In this document: one piece after another, positions 11,300 to 23,739 of the stretch
Numbering within the stretch: the stretch's first letter is position 1
Layout: every line of letters begins with the position of its first letter
Assembly: GCF_006345805.1 (NCBI RefSeq)
Contig: NW_021835187.1
Span: 1 to 43,430 of the forward strand
Length of the DNA stretch: 43,430 nt
Origin: Octopus sinensis
Lineage: Eukaryota
Direction of reading: 5' to 3'
The notes under the pieces: generated by a model
Databases searched by the model: none
What the model was told of the DNA's origin: nothing
The model's input: the letters and a program-made list of their open reading frames with translations, nothing else
Position numbers and translations under genes: made by a program

Positions 11300-11476
11300 C
11301 CTGTCGACAGGACGCCGTCTGTCGCCGGAATAATTTCCCAGCAAATGTTTGAACTCATTTACAGTCGAGTGGACAGTGAAATTAAGTGTTTAGCTCAAGA
11401 ACACAATGCATCGCCCAGTCCGGAGATTGAAACCACGATCATGAGTCGGCACACTAACCTCTAGGCCAAGCACCTT
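11300..11476 (-). mobile_element. Old CORE-type tRNA SINE (family D)
   Basis: aactcatttacagtcgagtggac...aagtgtttagctcaagaacacaatgcatcgcccagtccggagattgaaaccacg...cactaacctctaggcca is the reverse of a tRNA head plus CORE (cttgagctaaacacttaa). Confidence 0.7.
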
Positions 11477-11639
11477 TTATTAAAAAATATTATAATTTAA
11501 GTCACTGAAGTGAAAGATATAAACTATGAGGACTGAAACTCGTTCGAATTTAACCTGTGATCAATAGATTTCCTAATCATTCCTCCTATGACAACGTGTG
11601 AAAAAGAATAGTAAATATCATTAGGTTCATCTGGGAATC

Positions 11640-11845
11640 AAAATTTATTCAGAATCCTTCTCCGATACCGGATCGATCCCAAAATGTAATCAGTTCTTGC
11701 CAGTCATGAGGCCAAACATCCCTGGAGGTTTCCTCCGAATTCATTCAGCGGTTCTTGAGATATCCTTCCTATCCACGGACAAAACAAACAAACAAGGACG
11801 ACTGAAAACAATAACTCCGCTTTCGTTAAGGAGGAGGAAATAAAT
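11640..11845 (+). mobile_element. Helentron-associated (HINE/DINE-1-like) 3' portion, degenerate
   Basis: caaaatgtaatcagttc...ttgagatatcc...(caaa)n...gaaaacaataactccgctttcgttaaggaggagg: a short microsatellite followed by a subterminal hairpin, the usual HINE end layout. Confidence 0.5.
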
Positions 11846-12048
11846 CTGATACGATATTTTATGAACAGCCTCAGATTATGTTCCTCTGGTAGGATTCGAA
11901 TTCGAATACCTGAAAGGTATCTTCGCTTAAGTTACACTGAGAAATTATATTGGTCTGTTTCTGGGCGGCTTCGCTTATTTAGCGTGTGTGTTTATGACAT
12001 CTTTGTTTCTGTTACTGTAAACACAGTTTTTCTGTACCTCAAAGTATG

Positions 12049-12463
12049 AGTCGCAGGAGTGGCTGTGTGGTAAGTAGCTTGTTTACCAATCACATGGTTC
12101 CGGGTTCAGTCCCACTGCGTGGCACCTTGGGCAAGTGTCTTCTACTATGGCCTCGGGCCGACCAAAGCCTTGTGAGTGGATTTGGTAGACGGAAACTGAA
12201 AAGAAGCCTGTCGTATATATGTATATATATATATATGCGTGTGTGTGTTTGTGTGACTGTGTTTGTCCTCCTAGCATTGCTTGACAACCGATGCTGGTGT
12301 GTTTATGTCCCCGTTACTTAGCGGTTCGGCAAAAGAGACCGATAGCATAAGTACTGGGCTTACAAAAGAATAAGTCCCGGGGTCGAGTTGCTCGATTAAA
12401 GGCGGTGCTCCAGCATGGCCGCAGTCAAATGACTGAAACAAGTAAAAGAGTAAAAGAGTAAAA
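12049..12463 (+). mobile_element. SINE family A, full length
   Basis: Head, CORE-like domain, internal (TA)(TG), 3' module and tail are all present. Confidence 0.93.
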
Positions 12464-12521
12464 CAGTATATGTGTGTGTGTGTAAGGGGGACAGAAAGTG
12501 AGAGAGAAAGCGAAAGGGAGC

Positions 12522-12556
<35 letters not shown>

Positions 12557-12829
12557 CACGTATATGCTTGTAAGTGAGTGTATGAATGTGCGTGTACGTG
12601 ATTGCTGTGTATACAAATGTTTTAATTTCCGAGCTCTTTCGATGTCCTCACTGACGTAACTGACTTCAACGTAGATGCGGGTAGGTGTAAGTGTGAGGAA
12701 AATTAATATAATCCTGTTAACTGATCCCTAACATTTATGATGACGTCAAAACTGCGAGTATATTTCACATCATGTGATGTTAATATATGTGTGGTTTGGG
12801 AACCGAGCGCCATAGAAATATATATGTGT

Positions 12830-13010
12830 GTGTGTGTGTGTGCGTGCGTGTGCGTATGCGTGTGTTTGTGTATGCGTGCGAGTATGTATGTGTACATATG
12901 TATATCTATTATATACATATAATAATAGATAGATGCATATAGATAGATATACATATACATATATATATATATGTATAATATATATATATATATATATTAT
13001 GTAATATATT

Positions 13011-13056
<46 letters not shown>

Positions 13057-13129
13057 GTATGTAGATATATATATATATTATATATATATATATATTATAA
13101 TATATGTATATATGTATATATGTATATAT

Positions 13130-13192
<63 letters not shown>

Positions 13193-13200
13193 TATATATA
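12830..13200. repeat. (TG)n and long (TA)n arrays
   Basis: Direct. Confidence 0.95.
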
Positions 13201-13934
13201 AGCAAGGATGTATGCGTATATGGAAGCATATTCATATATGTGTGTGCTTGCTGTGACACGATCAAATAGAAATGGCGAGGTCTTACATCCGCCATCTACA
13301 CCGTTGTCCTTAGTGCCATGTCATGGCGGCTTATCCGCCAGAGTGGTGCATGATCAAGTATTTCCGGTTTCGCATCGTTACAACTCCGACGAAGGTGTCC
13401 ACGCATACATCTCTATAGGCTATCATTAGTAGGCATATATGTAATGTTACGTTAGTTACCATTTCCTGCCTCATGGATACCGCAGGAGCATGGCACGTGC
13501 GACCACATAGCAGCATTTCGTTTTAATCTTCGTATTCATCCAAGTGAATTTATAGAGAACGTTGGGGAAAAAAAATGTTCTGATCTTTAGCATAAACTAC
13601 GTTGATATTATAACTATGTTCATAAAACTTGTACAGATGCGTAAAATATTATTAAAGAGGGTGACGTGAGAATGTGAAAAATAACTAATATGTGGAATGT
13701 ATGCATATATACATATATACTTATATATGCATATATACATATATACCTATACGTATGCACATATATACAATGATGTGTATATTTACATACATATTCATAT
13801 CAATGTGTGTGTTTGTGTGTGTGTAAGAAACACAAACACATTGACATAAATACACACATCCACACACAGTCATAAAATATTTCTTGTGCTTTTACTCCCA
13901 TTGAGAATAATTCGGTTTATTAACACAATATTAC

Positions 13935-13935
<1 letters not shown>

Positions 13936-14028
<93 letters not shown>

Positions 14029-14032
14029 ATAA

Positions 14033-14099
<67 letters not shown>

Positions 14100-14330
14100 C
14101 TGTCTGTCTGTCTGTCCGTCTGTCTATCTATCTATCTATCTATCTATCTATTTATCAGCCTGTTTGTCTAGATGTATGTATCTATCTGTCTGTCTGCCAG
14201 TGTGTGTGGTGTGTGTGTGTGTGTGTGTCTGTCTGTCTGTCTGACTGTTTGACTATCAGTCTTTCTGTATGTATGTCTGTCTGTCTAACTATCTATCTAT
14301 CCATCTATCTGTATGTGTGTCTATCTGCCT
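13936..14330. repeat. (TATC)n-(TA)n-(TCTG/TCTA)n compound array
   Basis: Direct. Confidence 0.95.
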
Positions 14331-14784
14331 CTCTCTCACATGCACTCTGTCTCTCTGTCTATCAACCTATTTCCCTCAAATTCACTACAAATTAGAGACC
14401 TCTCATGAAGTACCATACATTGTATACCTCTCATGATATACCATACGTTGAAGACTGTCAAGACACAGACCTTGGTCGCTGTGGCGCTTCATAATAGTAA
14501 CAACTATGAAGTCTTATCATGATGTTATTCAAACTCTTCCAACATTTTTCAATGATGAGATTAACTCATCATTATATGCAACGAATATCTTGGGTCAAGC
14601 ATGGTTGTATGTGTGCGTGTTTATGTTTGTGTATGTGTGTGTGTGCGTATATGTTTATGTGTGTACGTGTGTTTTAATTATTTGAAATCATCCTATAATG
14701 AAGGTGCTGGTTTCCAACAATGATACAAAGTTCCATGTTTATAAGCAGAACAATGTCACATTTTGAACAGGAGAAAGGTCTTAC

Positions 14785-14839
14785 ATATTTTTACTGTTCC
14801 GCTGACAGTTTGTGCGTGTTAGCTTGTTGGTTTCTTTTT
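14785..14839 (-). CDS. Candidate 55-nt exon (KETNKLTRTNCQRNSKN), product unknown
   Basis: Acceptor gggttttcag| and donor AT|GTAAGA, with one open frame. It ends in phase 2, matching the start of the 10039 exon (AT+G = Met). Confidence 0.3.
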
Positions 14840-15041
14840 CTGAAAACCCAAGCTATTCTAGATTGTCACTTACAAAACCAAGTGCGCAAATTATCATTTA
14901 TGCAAATGTGAATTTATTATCTGGGTATATAACCTGAAGGATCCTAAATAGCAGTTAATCGTTATCGTCTCTCTTATTTTTGAAGAGATATTCACAATAG
15001 CAGCGACGCTTACCTTTTCTTGTCTATCTTGTGTGTATGTA

Positions 15042-15570
15042 CCGTAAATCCTCGAGTATAATCCGCATTTTTCCCCCAAAATTTAAAGGTAAAAATCCCT
15101 AGTAGGTACAATATACAAGGGAAAAATTGAAAAAAATATTTTCTAAGCAATGTCCGAGTCTCCATTTGCTGTTCGGCAATGTTTATTCAGACACATTTTA
15201 TGGTGTCGGGTGCGAAAATACCTTAAGCTAAACCTGAAAGCAATGAAGTCATAAAAGAATCATCCATAACTTGCAGTAAGCAACATTTATTAAAATAAAA
15301 GTATTCAGAACACAGAATAACATGTAACAAAAACAATTTGCAAACATATTTACATTCCCATATAACAGTTAAGAACATCATCATTATCGTATCACGCATG
15401 CACTGAAGTGTTTGTTCGACTAGGTGCTGTTGGCTTAATTACGCGCGATTCAAGCTAGAGAAGGGGTGCGTAATATACACAAGGTTTAGGTTTTTCAGAG
15501 GTACAGCCCCCTCCACTCCAAATCCCCTGCGTATTATACTCAAGGGCGGACTATACTCGAGAATTTACGG
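15042..15570. mobile_element. Tc1/mariner-superfamily (pogo/Tigger-like) MITE, 529 bp
   Basis: 25-bp TIRs ccgtaaatcctcgagtataatccgc and gcggactatactcgagaatttacgg match at 23/25, with TA on both sides (15040-15041, 15571-15572). No transposase ORF. Confidence 0.88.
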
Positions 15571-15768
15571 TATACAGATTCACACACAAACATGCGTGCG
15601 TTCTTGTGCCTGTTTAAAAGCAGCTTATGCGTGTCCCTGTTCCTATTACCATGTGTGTATGTTGAATGTATATGTGTGTGTACGAATATAAGTGCGTGTA
15701 TGTGCATAACTGTCTATAAATGAGCGTGCATATGTGTGAGTGTTTGTGTAGGACAAAATAACGAACAC

Positions 15769-15992
15769 TCTCTTTTACTCTTTACTCTTTTAACTTGTTT
15801 CAGTCATTTGACTGTGGCCATGTTGAAGCACCACCTTTAGTCGAGCAAATCGACTCCAGGACTTATTCTTTGTAAGCCTAGTACTTATTCTATTGGTGTC
15901 TTTTGCCGAACCGCTAAGTTACGGGGACGTAAACACACCAGCATCGGTTGTCAAGCGATGCTGGGCGGTCAAACACAGGCAGACAAACATAT

Positions 15993-16040
<48 letters not shown>

Positions 16041-16183
16041 GGTTTCCGTCTACCAAATCCACTCACAAGGCTTTGGTCGGCCCGAGGCTATAGTAGAAGA
16101 CACTTGCCCAAGGTGCCACGCAGTGGGACTGAACCCGGAACCCTGTGATTCGTAAGCAAGCTACTTACCACACAGCCATTCCT
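15769..16183 (-). mobile_element. SINE family A, full length, reverse orientation
   Basis: Reverse complement of the family A consensus; its internal (AC)n tract is the left boundary of the tandem duplication. Confidence 0.92.
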
Positions 16184-16666
16184 ATGTTATTTATAAAATA
16201 ACAAAAAGATGGAGAAAACATAATTTCTAGATCCGGGGAATATTAACTGGTATTTCTCGTGAATCAGATAATATTACCAAGCGATGAAGTAGATTTGTTT
16301 TGTCTGAAACTCTTAACTAAACATAGTTATCGCTTTTATCGGGACAATTCCGATTAAAGGTTTGTACAGGTAGCATAAGAGGACTAGTGGAGCAGAATAT
16401 GCTTTAAACGTATCGAAAGAAATTCTATACGATTTGTCTTGCATGTAGAAACTGTAATCAAGTAACAACCATGAAAGATTCATGTAAGGTTGAGTATTAA
16501 GCCGATGAAATGAATTTACTGATGTAGTTTGAATCACAAGTTCTCACCTTTAGAAATATGTATAGGCTTATATAGTACATCAATAATTTACGGTTGAGTG
16601 GATTTGTAAATTAGGTATTATTAATCTTCATGTTCATCTATATTTATGCATATTTATATAAACACA

Positions 16667-16701
<35 letters not shown>

Positions 16702-17348
16702 GTGTTATATACACCAATATATATAATATGTGTATGTATGATATATAAAAGTATATACAAAGACACGGACGAAGAGTGAGATATGTTTATATATTAAGAA
16801 ATCTTTTCATTGTAAATCCGAACGTGACATGGCTGGTGATCTTAACTGTTTGAATGACAGAGGTCGAGTCCCTGGCTTTTCTCTCTGAATTCTATTGAAA
16901 GAACACTGTTTGCATAGTTTAATTTGCAGTTTTAGAGTTGGATTTGAGAGTTCTTATAACGAATCGGTTAGAAACTATATTAGGAAAAATACACTTGGGA
17001 GAGAGCAAATTTAAAATTTTCACTGCGTAGTCCCGTACATGATTTGGAGTTCGAGATAGATATGGCCTTTTGAAGTGTAGGGTGTGTCAGGCAACATTTT
17101 TTTTAAAATCCTAAAAGAACGAGCCCCCCCCCCCACAAAAAAAAAACAAAGGTGCAATATTTCATATTTCTATTTTGGCCAATCAAGTTTGGGGTAAGGA
17201 AATAAATTCAATTATGTCGACAACAGTGTTTAACTGGTACTTATTTTATCGACCCCGAAAGAAAAAAAGCAATGCCGAAGTTGACTTTGCCACATTGGCT
17301 TCACAGTAAATTGACTTATGAATCACTGTTGTTCTATTATAGTTGATA

Positions 17349-17592
17349 GCATTCATTTTTTTACGCCCTTTTCAAGCCTAGCCAGGCTCATGGGTCCGGT
17401 TTCCCGGTTTCTGTGACGTATGTGCTCCCCCCCCCACAGCTGGACGGGACGCCAGTCCATCGTAGCGTTACTCAAGAAACTGGAAGAAAGAGTGCGAGAA
17501 AGTTGGGGCGAAGAATACCACAGGGGTCGCTACCACTCCCTGCCGGAGCCTCGTGGAGTTCTAGGTGTTTTCGCTCAATAAACACACACACA

Positions 17593-17593
<1 letters not shown>
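17349..17593 (-). mobile_element. SINE family C, tail type 2, head lost at the duplication junction
   Basis: Matches 18938-19181. Confidence 0.9.
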
Positions 17594-17626
<33 letters not shown>

Positions 17627-17769
17627 GGTTTCCGTCTACCAAATCCACTCACAAGGCTTTGGTCGGCCCGAGGCTATAGTAGAAGACACTTGCCCAAGGT
17701 GCCACGCAGTGGGACTGAACCCGGAACCCTGTGATTCGTAAGCAAGCTACTTACCACACAGCCATTCCT
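17594..17769 (-). mobile_element. SINE family A, 5' half (duplicated copy)
   Basis: Matches 16006-16183. Confidence 0.9.
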
Positions 17770-18253
17770 ATGTTATTTATAAAATAACAAAAAGATGGAG
17801 AAAACATAATTTCTAGATCCGGGGAATATTAACTGGTATTTCTCGTGAATCAGATAATATTACCAAGCGATGAAGTAGATTTGTTTTGTCTGAAACTCTT
17901 AACTAAACATAGTTATCGCTTTTATCGGGACAATTCCGATTAAAGGTTTGTACAGGTAGCATAAGAGGACTAGTGGAGCAGAATATGCTTTAAACGTATC
18001 GAAAGAAATTCTATACGATTTGTCTTGCATTGTAGAAACTGTAATCAAGTAACAACCATGAAAGATTCATGTAAGGTTGAGTATTAAGCCGATGAAATGA
18101 ATTTACTGATGTAGTTTGAATCACAAGTTCTCACCTTTAGAAATATGTATAGGCTTATATAGTACATCAATAATTTACGGTTGAGTGGATTTGTAAATTA
18201 GGTATTATTAATCTTCATGTTCATCTATATTTATGCATATTTATAAAAACACA

Positions 18254-18288
<35 letters not shown>

Positions 18289-18937
18289 GTGTTATATACA
18301 CCAATATATATAATATGTGTATGTATGATATATAAAAGTATATACAAAGACACGGACGAAGAGTGAGATATGTTTATATATTAAGAAATCTTTTCATTGT
18401 AAATCCGAACGTGACATGGCTGGTGATCTTAACTGTTTGAATGACAGAGGTCGAGTCCCTGGCTTTTCTCTCTGAATTCTATTGAAAGAACACTGTTTGC
18501 ATAGTTTAATTTGCAGTTTTAGAGTTGGATTTGAGAGTCTTATAACGAATCGGTTAGAAACTATATTAGGAAAAATACACTTGGGAGAGAGCAAATTTAA
18601 AATTTTCACTGCGTAGTCCCGTACATGATTTGGAGTTCGAGATAGATATGGCCTTTTGAAGTGTAGGGTGTGTCAGGCAACATTTTTTTTAAAATCCTAA
18701 AAGAACGAGCCCCCCCCCCCACAAAAAAAAAACAAAGGTGCAATATTTCATATTTCTAATTTTGGCCAATCAAGTTTGGGGTAAGGAAATAAATTCAATT
18801 ATGTCGACAACAGTGTTTAACTGGTACTTATTTTATCGACCCCGAAAGAAAAAAAGCAATGCCGAAGTTGACTTTGCCACATTGGCTTCACAGTAAATTG
18901 ACTTATGAATCACTGTTGTTCTATTATAGTTGATAGC

Positions 18938-19256
18938 ATTCATTTTTTTACGCCCTTTTCAAGCCTAGCCAGGCTCATGGGTCCGGTTTCCCGGTTTCTG
19001 TGACGTATGTGCTCCCCCCCCCACAGCTGGACGGGACGCCAGTCCATCGTAGCGTTACTCAAGAAACTGGAAGAAAGAGTGCGAGAAAGTTGGGGCGAAA
19101 GAATACCACAGGGGTCGCTACCACTCCCTGCCGGAGCCTCGTGGAGTTCTAGGTGTTTTCGCTCAATAAACACACACAACACCCGGTCTCGGAATCGAAA
19201 CCGCGATCCTCCGACCGCGAGTCCGCTCTCCTAACCACTGGGACATTGCGCCTCCA
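18938..19256 (-). mobile_element. SINE family C, full length, tail type 2
   Basis: Head tggaggcgcaatgtcccagtggttaggagagcggactcgcggtcggaggatcgcggtttcgattccgagaccggg has A and B boxes; tail ...ggcgtcccgtccagc...gaaaagggcgtaaaaaaaatgaatg. Confidence 0.92.
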
Positions 19257-19939
19257 TAGTATTCATATTAACTAAAGTAAAATGATTCTAGAAAGTTGCC
19301 ACTGTCTATTCCCAAGTCATCCTTGATTGAGCAGATGTATTATCAAAAGCATTCCGGCCGTGACCATCTAATCTTTTTAAGCATATGTATAATTTCTTTT
19401 CCTAATGTCATTTTCCTGTTTTTGAGCCGTAGTGTCTAATTTGGTTCTTATTTACCAGAATTACTTTCATCGCTTTTTGTTTGTAGAAGAACAGTTCAAT
19501 TAACACAGCTGCTCCGTGATTTATTAAAAACAGGTTCAGGCCGGTGATTCTACTGAATTCTGCGGAAAAGATTTTCAGTTAGAATTACTTCAAAGGTTTT
19601 CATATTTTAAACAAAAGAAGCTGGCTGTGATAGAACGTGGTCGATGATGGAGGTAGAAGAGGGTTTGAAAAGAGAATTGAAGATTATTTGATTTTGATAT
19701 TAATTAGAAATTCTTTCCAGATTAGACACAAGGAGATTTCTCTAGCATATCAGTTCATTCACTGCTGAGGATTTTCGTGCGTTCCTTAAAAACGAGAAAA
19801 TTGAATTAAAAGGAAAAATGTTACATGGATGATACTTAGCATAATTGGTAGTATGTCAGAAAAATTGTGGAAGATTGCGGTCTCTACTCTAAGTTCGTGG
19901 CCTAGATTCTGCCGAAGCTTACTTTTTATTATAAACTAT

Positions 19940-20105
19940 AGGCGCAGGAGTGGCTGTGTGGTAAGTAGCTTGCTAACCAACCACATGGTTCTGTGTTCAG
20001 TCCCACTGCGTGGCATCTTGGGCAAGAGTCTTCTGCTATAGCACCGGGCCGACCAATGCCTTGTGAGTGGATTTGGTAGGCGGAAACTGAAAGAAGCCTG
20101 TCGTA

Positions 20106-20174
<69 letters not shown>

Positions 20175-21630
20175 ACGGGTTTAACTAGTGCAGTGTTTCT
20201 GACCCACATAGGAATAATGGCACCATCATGTCTGGTGAAAATGTGACAGTCTTTTGTCTAATGGAGGACTAATGGGTTTTGGAATGACCTGTGACCTCGT
20301 GCGGCTGAGAAGAGGGTCAGGAGAATGTGAGAGAGGAAGACAGATTAAGGGCTGAGAGCAAATAGAGATAGAGTGTAAGAGAAAAGGGACAGATAGAGAG
20401 GAAGAGTCTGGCAGACGATAGCGATAGAGTAAGAGCAGAGGGCAAATAGAAAGGATAAGCAGTAAGGGACAGATTGAGGATATAGATAGAGTATAAGGAC
20501 CAGGGCAGTTAGAGAGGGTATGAGCGGTACAGAGGGAGATGAGGGAGTGGAAGAAGCACAGAGACGAAGTGAGGTCTGGGCAGTCGTTGAGCGGTCGTCG
20601 AAGAACACAGACGGATCTTGGAGTCGCTGGCCGGTCCTCGAAGAAGACAGACGGACCTTGGATTTAGGGAGCGAGCGTTGGAATCTTAGGAGCAAGTTGG
20701 GATGCGAGAGAACTTGGCGGCACAGAAGGGAATATGTACAGGGGAATTGGCGGTACGGAGAGATGAGGTGCAGAATGGGACACTGGCGATTCAGTTGGGA
20801 ATTAAGGTATGTGATTGTGTATTGATGCGTGTCACGATGTAAAGAGACAGTGAAAAGAAATGAACAGTGAAAAGAACAGTCAAGGACTTGTCGATATGTC
20901 GATTGTGGTATTTATATTCAGAATTGTGTTGATATGTGTAGAAAAAGATTATAAAGAACTGTGAACGTTATCTGTTGATGTGATTTGGGAAAAGAACTGT
21001 GTCTTCGGACTTGTACCTTTGAAATACTGTATATGACTTGTTGTGTCTCCGGACTGTTATATTGTTACATGCTGTTGTATTATGCTTTGATCTGTTGTAT
21101 GATGTATTGAGTAGTCACGTGCATGTCTTCCTTTAAATGTCTGCCTTAAATGTATTTGATGTGTAGCAATTGTAATTGTCGTATAAACTGTTGTTTGAAT
21201 ATAAGCCAGTGTCTCTGTTGCCTTGCCTCTCTTTGGGTTGAATCTCGGGTTGTGCCTCTGTATCTCTGTGCTGCTGAGGTTGTGGTTGTTGCAGTATCTA
21301 TCTGTATCTCCTCTCTCCGCCTCTTTGGGTTCCGTGGCGGAACATGTGTGAGCCGTTCGGGACGGGCGACGACGGGTGATTCCGTAACAATATATATATA
21401 CATATATGTATGTATGTGTGTGTTTGTGTTTGTCTCCCTAGCATTGCTTGACAACCGATGCTGGTGTGTTTACGTCCCCGTAACTTAGCGGTTCGGCAAA
21501 AGAGACCGATAGAATAAGTACTGGGCTTACAAAGAATAAGTCCCGGTGTCGATTTGCTCGACTAAACGTGGTGCTCCAGCATGGCCCAATCAAATGACTG
21601 AAACAAGTAAAAGAGTAAAAGAGTAAGAGT
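19940..21630 (+). mobile_element. SINE family A split by a 1.2-kb insertion (5' half 19940-20170, 3' half 21390-21630)
   Basis: The two halves join into a normal family A copy when 20171-21389 is removed. Confidence 0.93.
20171..21389. mobile_element. Solo-LTR-like element, 1219 bp, probably Ty3/Gypsy
   Basis: TG...CA termini with an 8-bp inverted repeat TGTTACGG/CCGTAACA, flanked by ATAT on both sides. No long TIR and no recognisable ORF. Confidence 0.7.
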
Positions 21631-21768
21631 ATAATTCCAAAGCTGGTGACCCAGCAAGGCTATAATTTAGTGACTCAAACCAATGAATGGGGAAAGCACA
21701 AACAAAATACATTCGTAAGTTTATACATATAGTCATGCAAACAAACAAACAGACACACAGACACAGAG

Positions 21769-22050
<282 letters not shown>

Positions 22051-22149
22051 TATCTTTTGCTCGTTTGAGTGATCAGAGATTGCATTCATGCTGGGACACG
22101 GCCTTTAAAAGCTTCAGTAGAAGTCAACCTCGTCACTGATTTATTTTGT

Positions 22150-22360
22150 AAAACCTGGTACTTATTCTATCGGTATCTTTTGTCCACCACTGTGTTACGG
22201 GGACGTAAACACAACAACAACACCGTTTGTCAAATGGTGCCTGTGGAAAAACTCATACACAAATCCACACACACACACACATACACACAAAAAAAAAGAA
22301 AATACCACATGCTTCTTTCAGATTCCATCTCCCAAATCCACTTACAAGGCTCTGGTTGGC
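22150..22360 (-). mobile_element. SINE family A, diverged internal fragment
   Basis: tacttattctatcggt...ttacggggacgtaaacac...cttctttcag...ccaaatccacttacaaggct. Confidence 0.8.
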
Positions 22361-22479
22361 ACAATCACGCCTGCTGCGCCTGTGTATCAATACGCAGTGA
22401 AAAGTACGAGATATTCTTGATTGGAACATCTTGCGCACTGCTCATGCCTAATCAAGACTGAAGTGAGATTAAACAGCCA

Positions 22480-22941
22480 CACTAATAACGATAATGACCG
22501 CAGCAGCAGCGCCAGTAACATAACTGCAACTGATAACGTTATTATAATTTAATAGATTCAGCACCACCATCGCTAATGCCCATACATCCACTAAGATCAT
22601 TGATTACGGTAATAAGTACCAGCATCCTAATTAACAGCACCAGCAGCCACAGCAACACAAGCTGCAATAGCAGCAGCAGCAGCACTAATGCTGCGATTAT
22701 CAACGTTATTATTGCTACAACATCTATGGCCATCAAAATGATACTGATAGATTATTGATAATTACGAGCAAAATTACAACCTCACCTTTTGACGCATCCG
22801 CAGTATTCACTACATCAAGAATTAGTATCGAGGCCAACCAATATCCCCAGCAATACTACCAAGACCACAGCAATCTCTGCTAGCATAATAACCACGACCA
22901 TTATTATTACGAAACCAACTACATGTATATATGCTTATGTG

Positions 22942-23036
<95 letters not shown>

Positions 23037-23045
23037 GTCTGTCTG

Positions 23046-23090
<45 letters not shown>
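22480..23090. repeat. Triplet low-complexity (CAG/CAC/AAT), then (TATC)n and (TA)n
   Basis: Direct. Confidence 0.9.
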
Positions 23091-23093
<3 letters not shown>

Positions 23094-23739
23094 TAATATA
23101 TATATACATTTTTTTAATAACCTGTTGGATCTCACATGAGCTATGAAAATTTTGCTACGTTTTGTTATTTTTTTTCTGTGAACCTTTTGGGCTGACACAC
23201 TGATCACTTAGGTAATATGATTATGGTACACTAGAACATTGTTTCCTATATTTTATAATTTTTTCTCCCCACATATCACACTTAGTTAGTAAAATTTTAA
23301 TTTGCAAAACAGAAGGTTCTGGACGATCTACCGGTGCCTCGTGAGTGAAAAAAAAAACACTATCTGTGTCTTCCCCTACCTCACATGTATAGTGCAAAAA
23401 TGTGGCGCTCATATATGATCTAAGTTATATGATGTATAAAAACATGTAATATACAAATAAATATCTGTAAATATAAAACCATCCAAATTTCTGAGTACCT
23501 CATTTCATCTAATCTGAAATACCTGTACATCATCTCCAAACCTTCCAATATATATATAGACATATGTACATACATACATACATACATACATACATACATA
23601 CATACATACATACATACATACATACATACATACATACATACTGCTTTTAAAAACCATGATTCGACTACCTCTCAACTTCTGTTCTTTCAACATGTGATCT
23701 CTTGAGCACCACCAGCAAAAATATATTTTCCTCTGTCTT

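Larger units (their letters stand above)
16006..19181. repeat. Head-to-tail tandem duplication, unit about 1587 bp (about 16006-17593 and 17594-19181)
   Basis: ggtttccgtc occurs at 16041 and 17627; tcgctcaata at 17571 and 19159. The differences I found are 1-bp indels and repeat-length changes. Confidence 0.97.

Noticed and set aside
13260-13520. GC-richer unique patch with 61-73 aa ORFs
   Set aside because: Each frame tested between plausible splice sites contains a stop; no recognisable family.
18938-19256. tRNA gene
   Set aside because: The tRNA-like head with A/B boxes runs directly into a SINE body and lacks a complete acceptor stem and terminator; the same applies to the other SINE heads.
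19745-19833. Plus-strand frame HISSFTAEDFRAFLKNEKIELKGKMLHG resembling an RGS-domain FRAFLK motif
   Set aside because: The following EENI.FW motif is absent, the frame stops, and there is no good donor.
20520-20825. 101-aa ORF inside the LTR-like element
   Set aside because: No gag, protease or RT motifs; GA-rich compositional ORF.
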